This document shows, piece by piece, positions 14,415 through 14,704 of a stretch of 14,704 bases of DNA (positions are counted from its first letter, which is position 1; every line of letters begins with the position of its first letter). The stretch lies in NCBI GenBank assembly GCA_964244895.1, contig CAXTKV010000137.1, positions 1 to 14,704 on the forward strand, in the 5' to 3' direction. Below the pieces are notes generated by a model. The model saw only the letters and a program-made list of their open reading frames with translations. It did no database searches and was not told the origin of the DNA. The stretch is from an uncultured Deinococcales bacterium (GTDB lineage Bacteria > Deinococcota > Deinococci > Deinococcales > JAAFIG01). Made by a program: the position numbers and the translations under genes.

Positions 14415-14702
14415 GCGCGGCGGGATTGCACCGCGATGCTCGAGCTTGGCGCTGGCGACCCGGTTGGCGAGAAGAGCGGATTCCAATGGCGTCTGGCCGC
14501 GCGTCAGCCCGTGCAGGAACGCGCCATTCCAGGCGTCACCCGCGCCCGTCGTGTCCCTGAGGTGGCGCGGCGACACGGCGGGCGCGCGCGTGACGGCGTC
14601 ACCTTGCGCGATCATCGCGCCGTCCTGACCGAGCTTGATCGCCACCACGGACACCCGCGCCGCGAGCGCCCGAGCCATCGCCTCGGGTTCGAATTTGGCA
14701 TC
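14403..14702 (-). CDS. PfkB-family carbohydrate kinase, C-terminal part (5' end outside window)
   Basis: VVAIKLGQDGA and the PfkB signature DTTGAGDAWNGAFL...AN. The frame stays open to the window edge. Its 3' end overlaps the convergent methyltransferase by 12 nt. Confidence 0.92.
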   Translation of the reverse strand, partial: DAKFEPEAMARALAARVSVVAIKLGQDGAMIAQGDAVTRAPAVSPRHLRDTTGAGDAWNGAFLHGLTRGQTPLESALLANRVASAKLEHRGAIPPRSTG

Positions 14703-14704
14703 GT

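Overview
GC-rich bacterial chromosomal segment, most likely Deinococcota (inferred from an SlpA-type S-layer/outer-membrane barrel, a Deinococcus-like RuvC, and TANNNT -10 boxes exactly 6 nt before four start codons). Gene order: 5'-truncated S-layer protein with terminator, ruvC, PrsW-family protease, ABC-F ATPase with a long linker and a possible attenuator leader, then a three-gene module of MoxR-like AAA+ ATPase, 907-aa HEAT/LRV-repeat protein and HEXXH-metallopeptidase-vWA (DUF2201-like) protein. After that come a hypothetical gene (-), a small GlsB/YeaQ-like membrane protein (-), pcp, a SAM methyltransferase and a partial PfkB kinase (-). The most notable observations are: (1) the AAA+/solenoid/peptidase-vWA triad; (2) a ~23-bp REP-like element occurring as inverted pairs in almost every intergenic gap; (3) strong HIP1-like over-representation of CTCGAG (about 67 copies by hand count); (4) a Pro/Arg-rich uORF and alternative hairpins ahead of the ABC-F gene; (5) a 24-bp tandem repeat, an AT-rich 13-bp operator-like palindrome and a multi-hairpin leader. 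All calls come from reading the sequence; no database searches were run.
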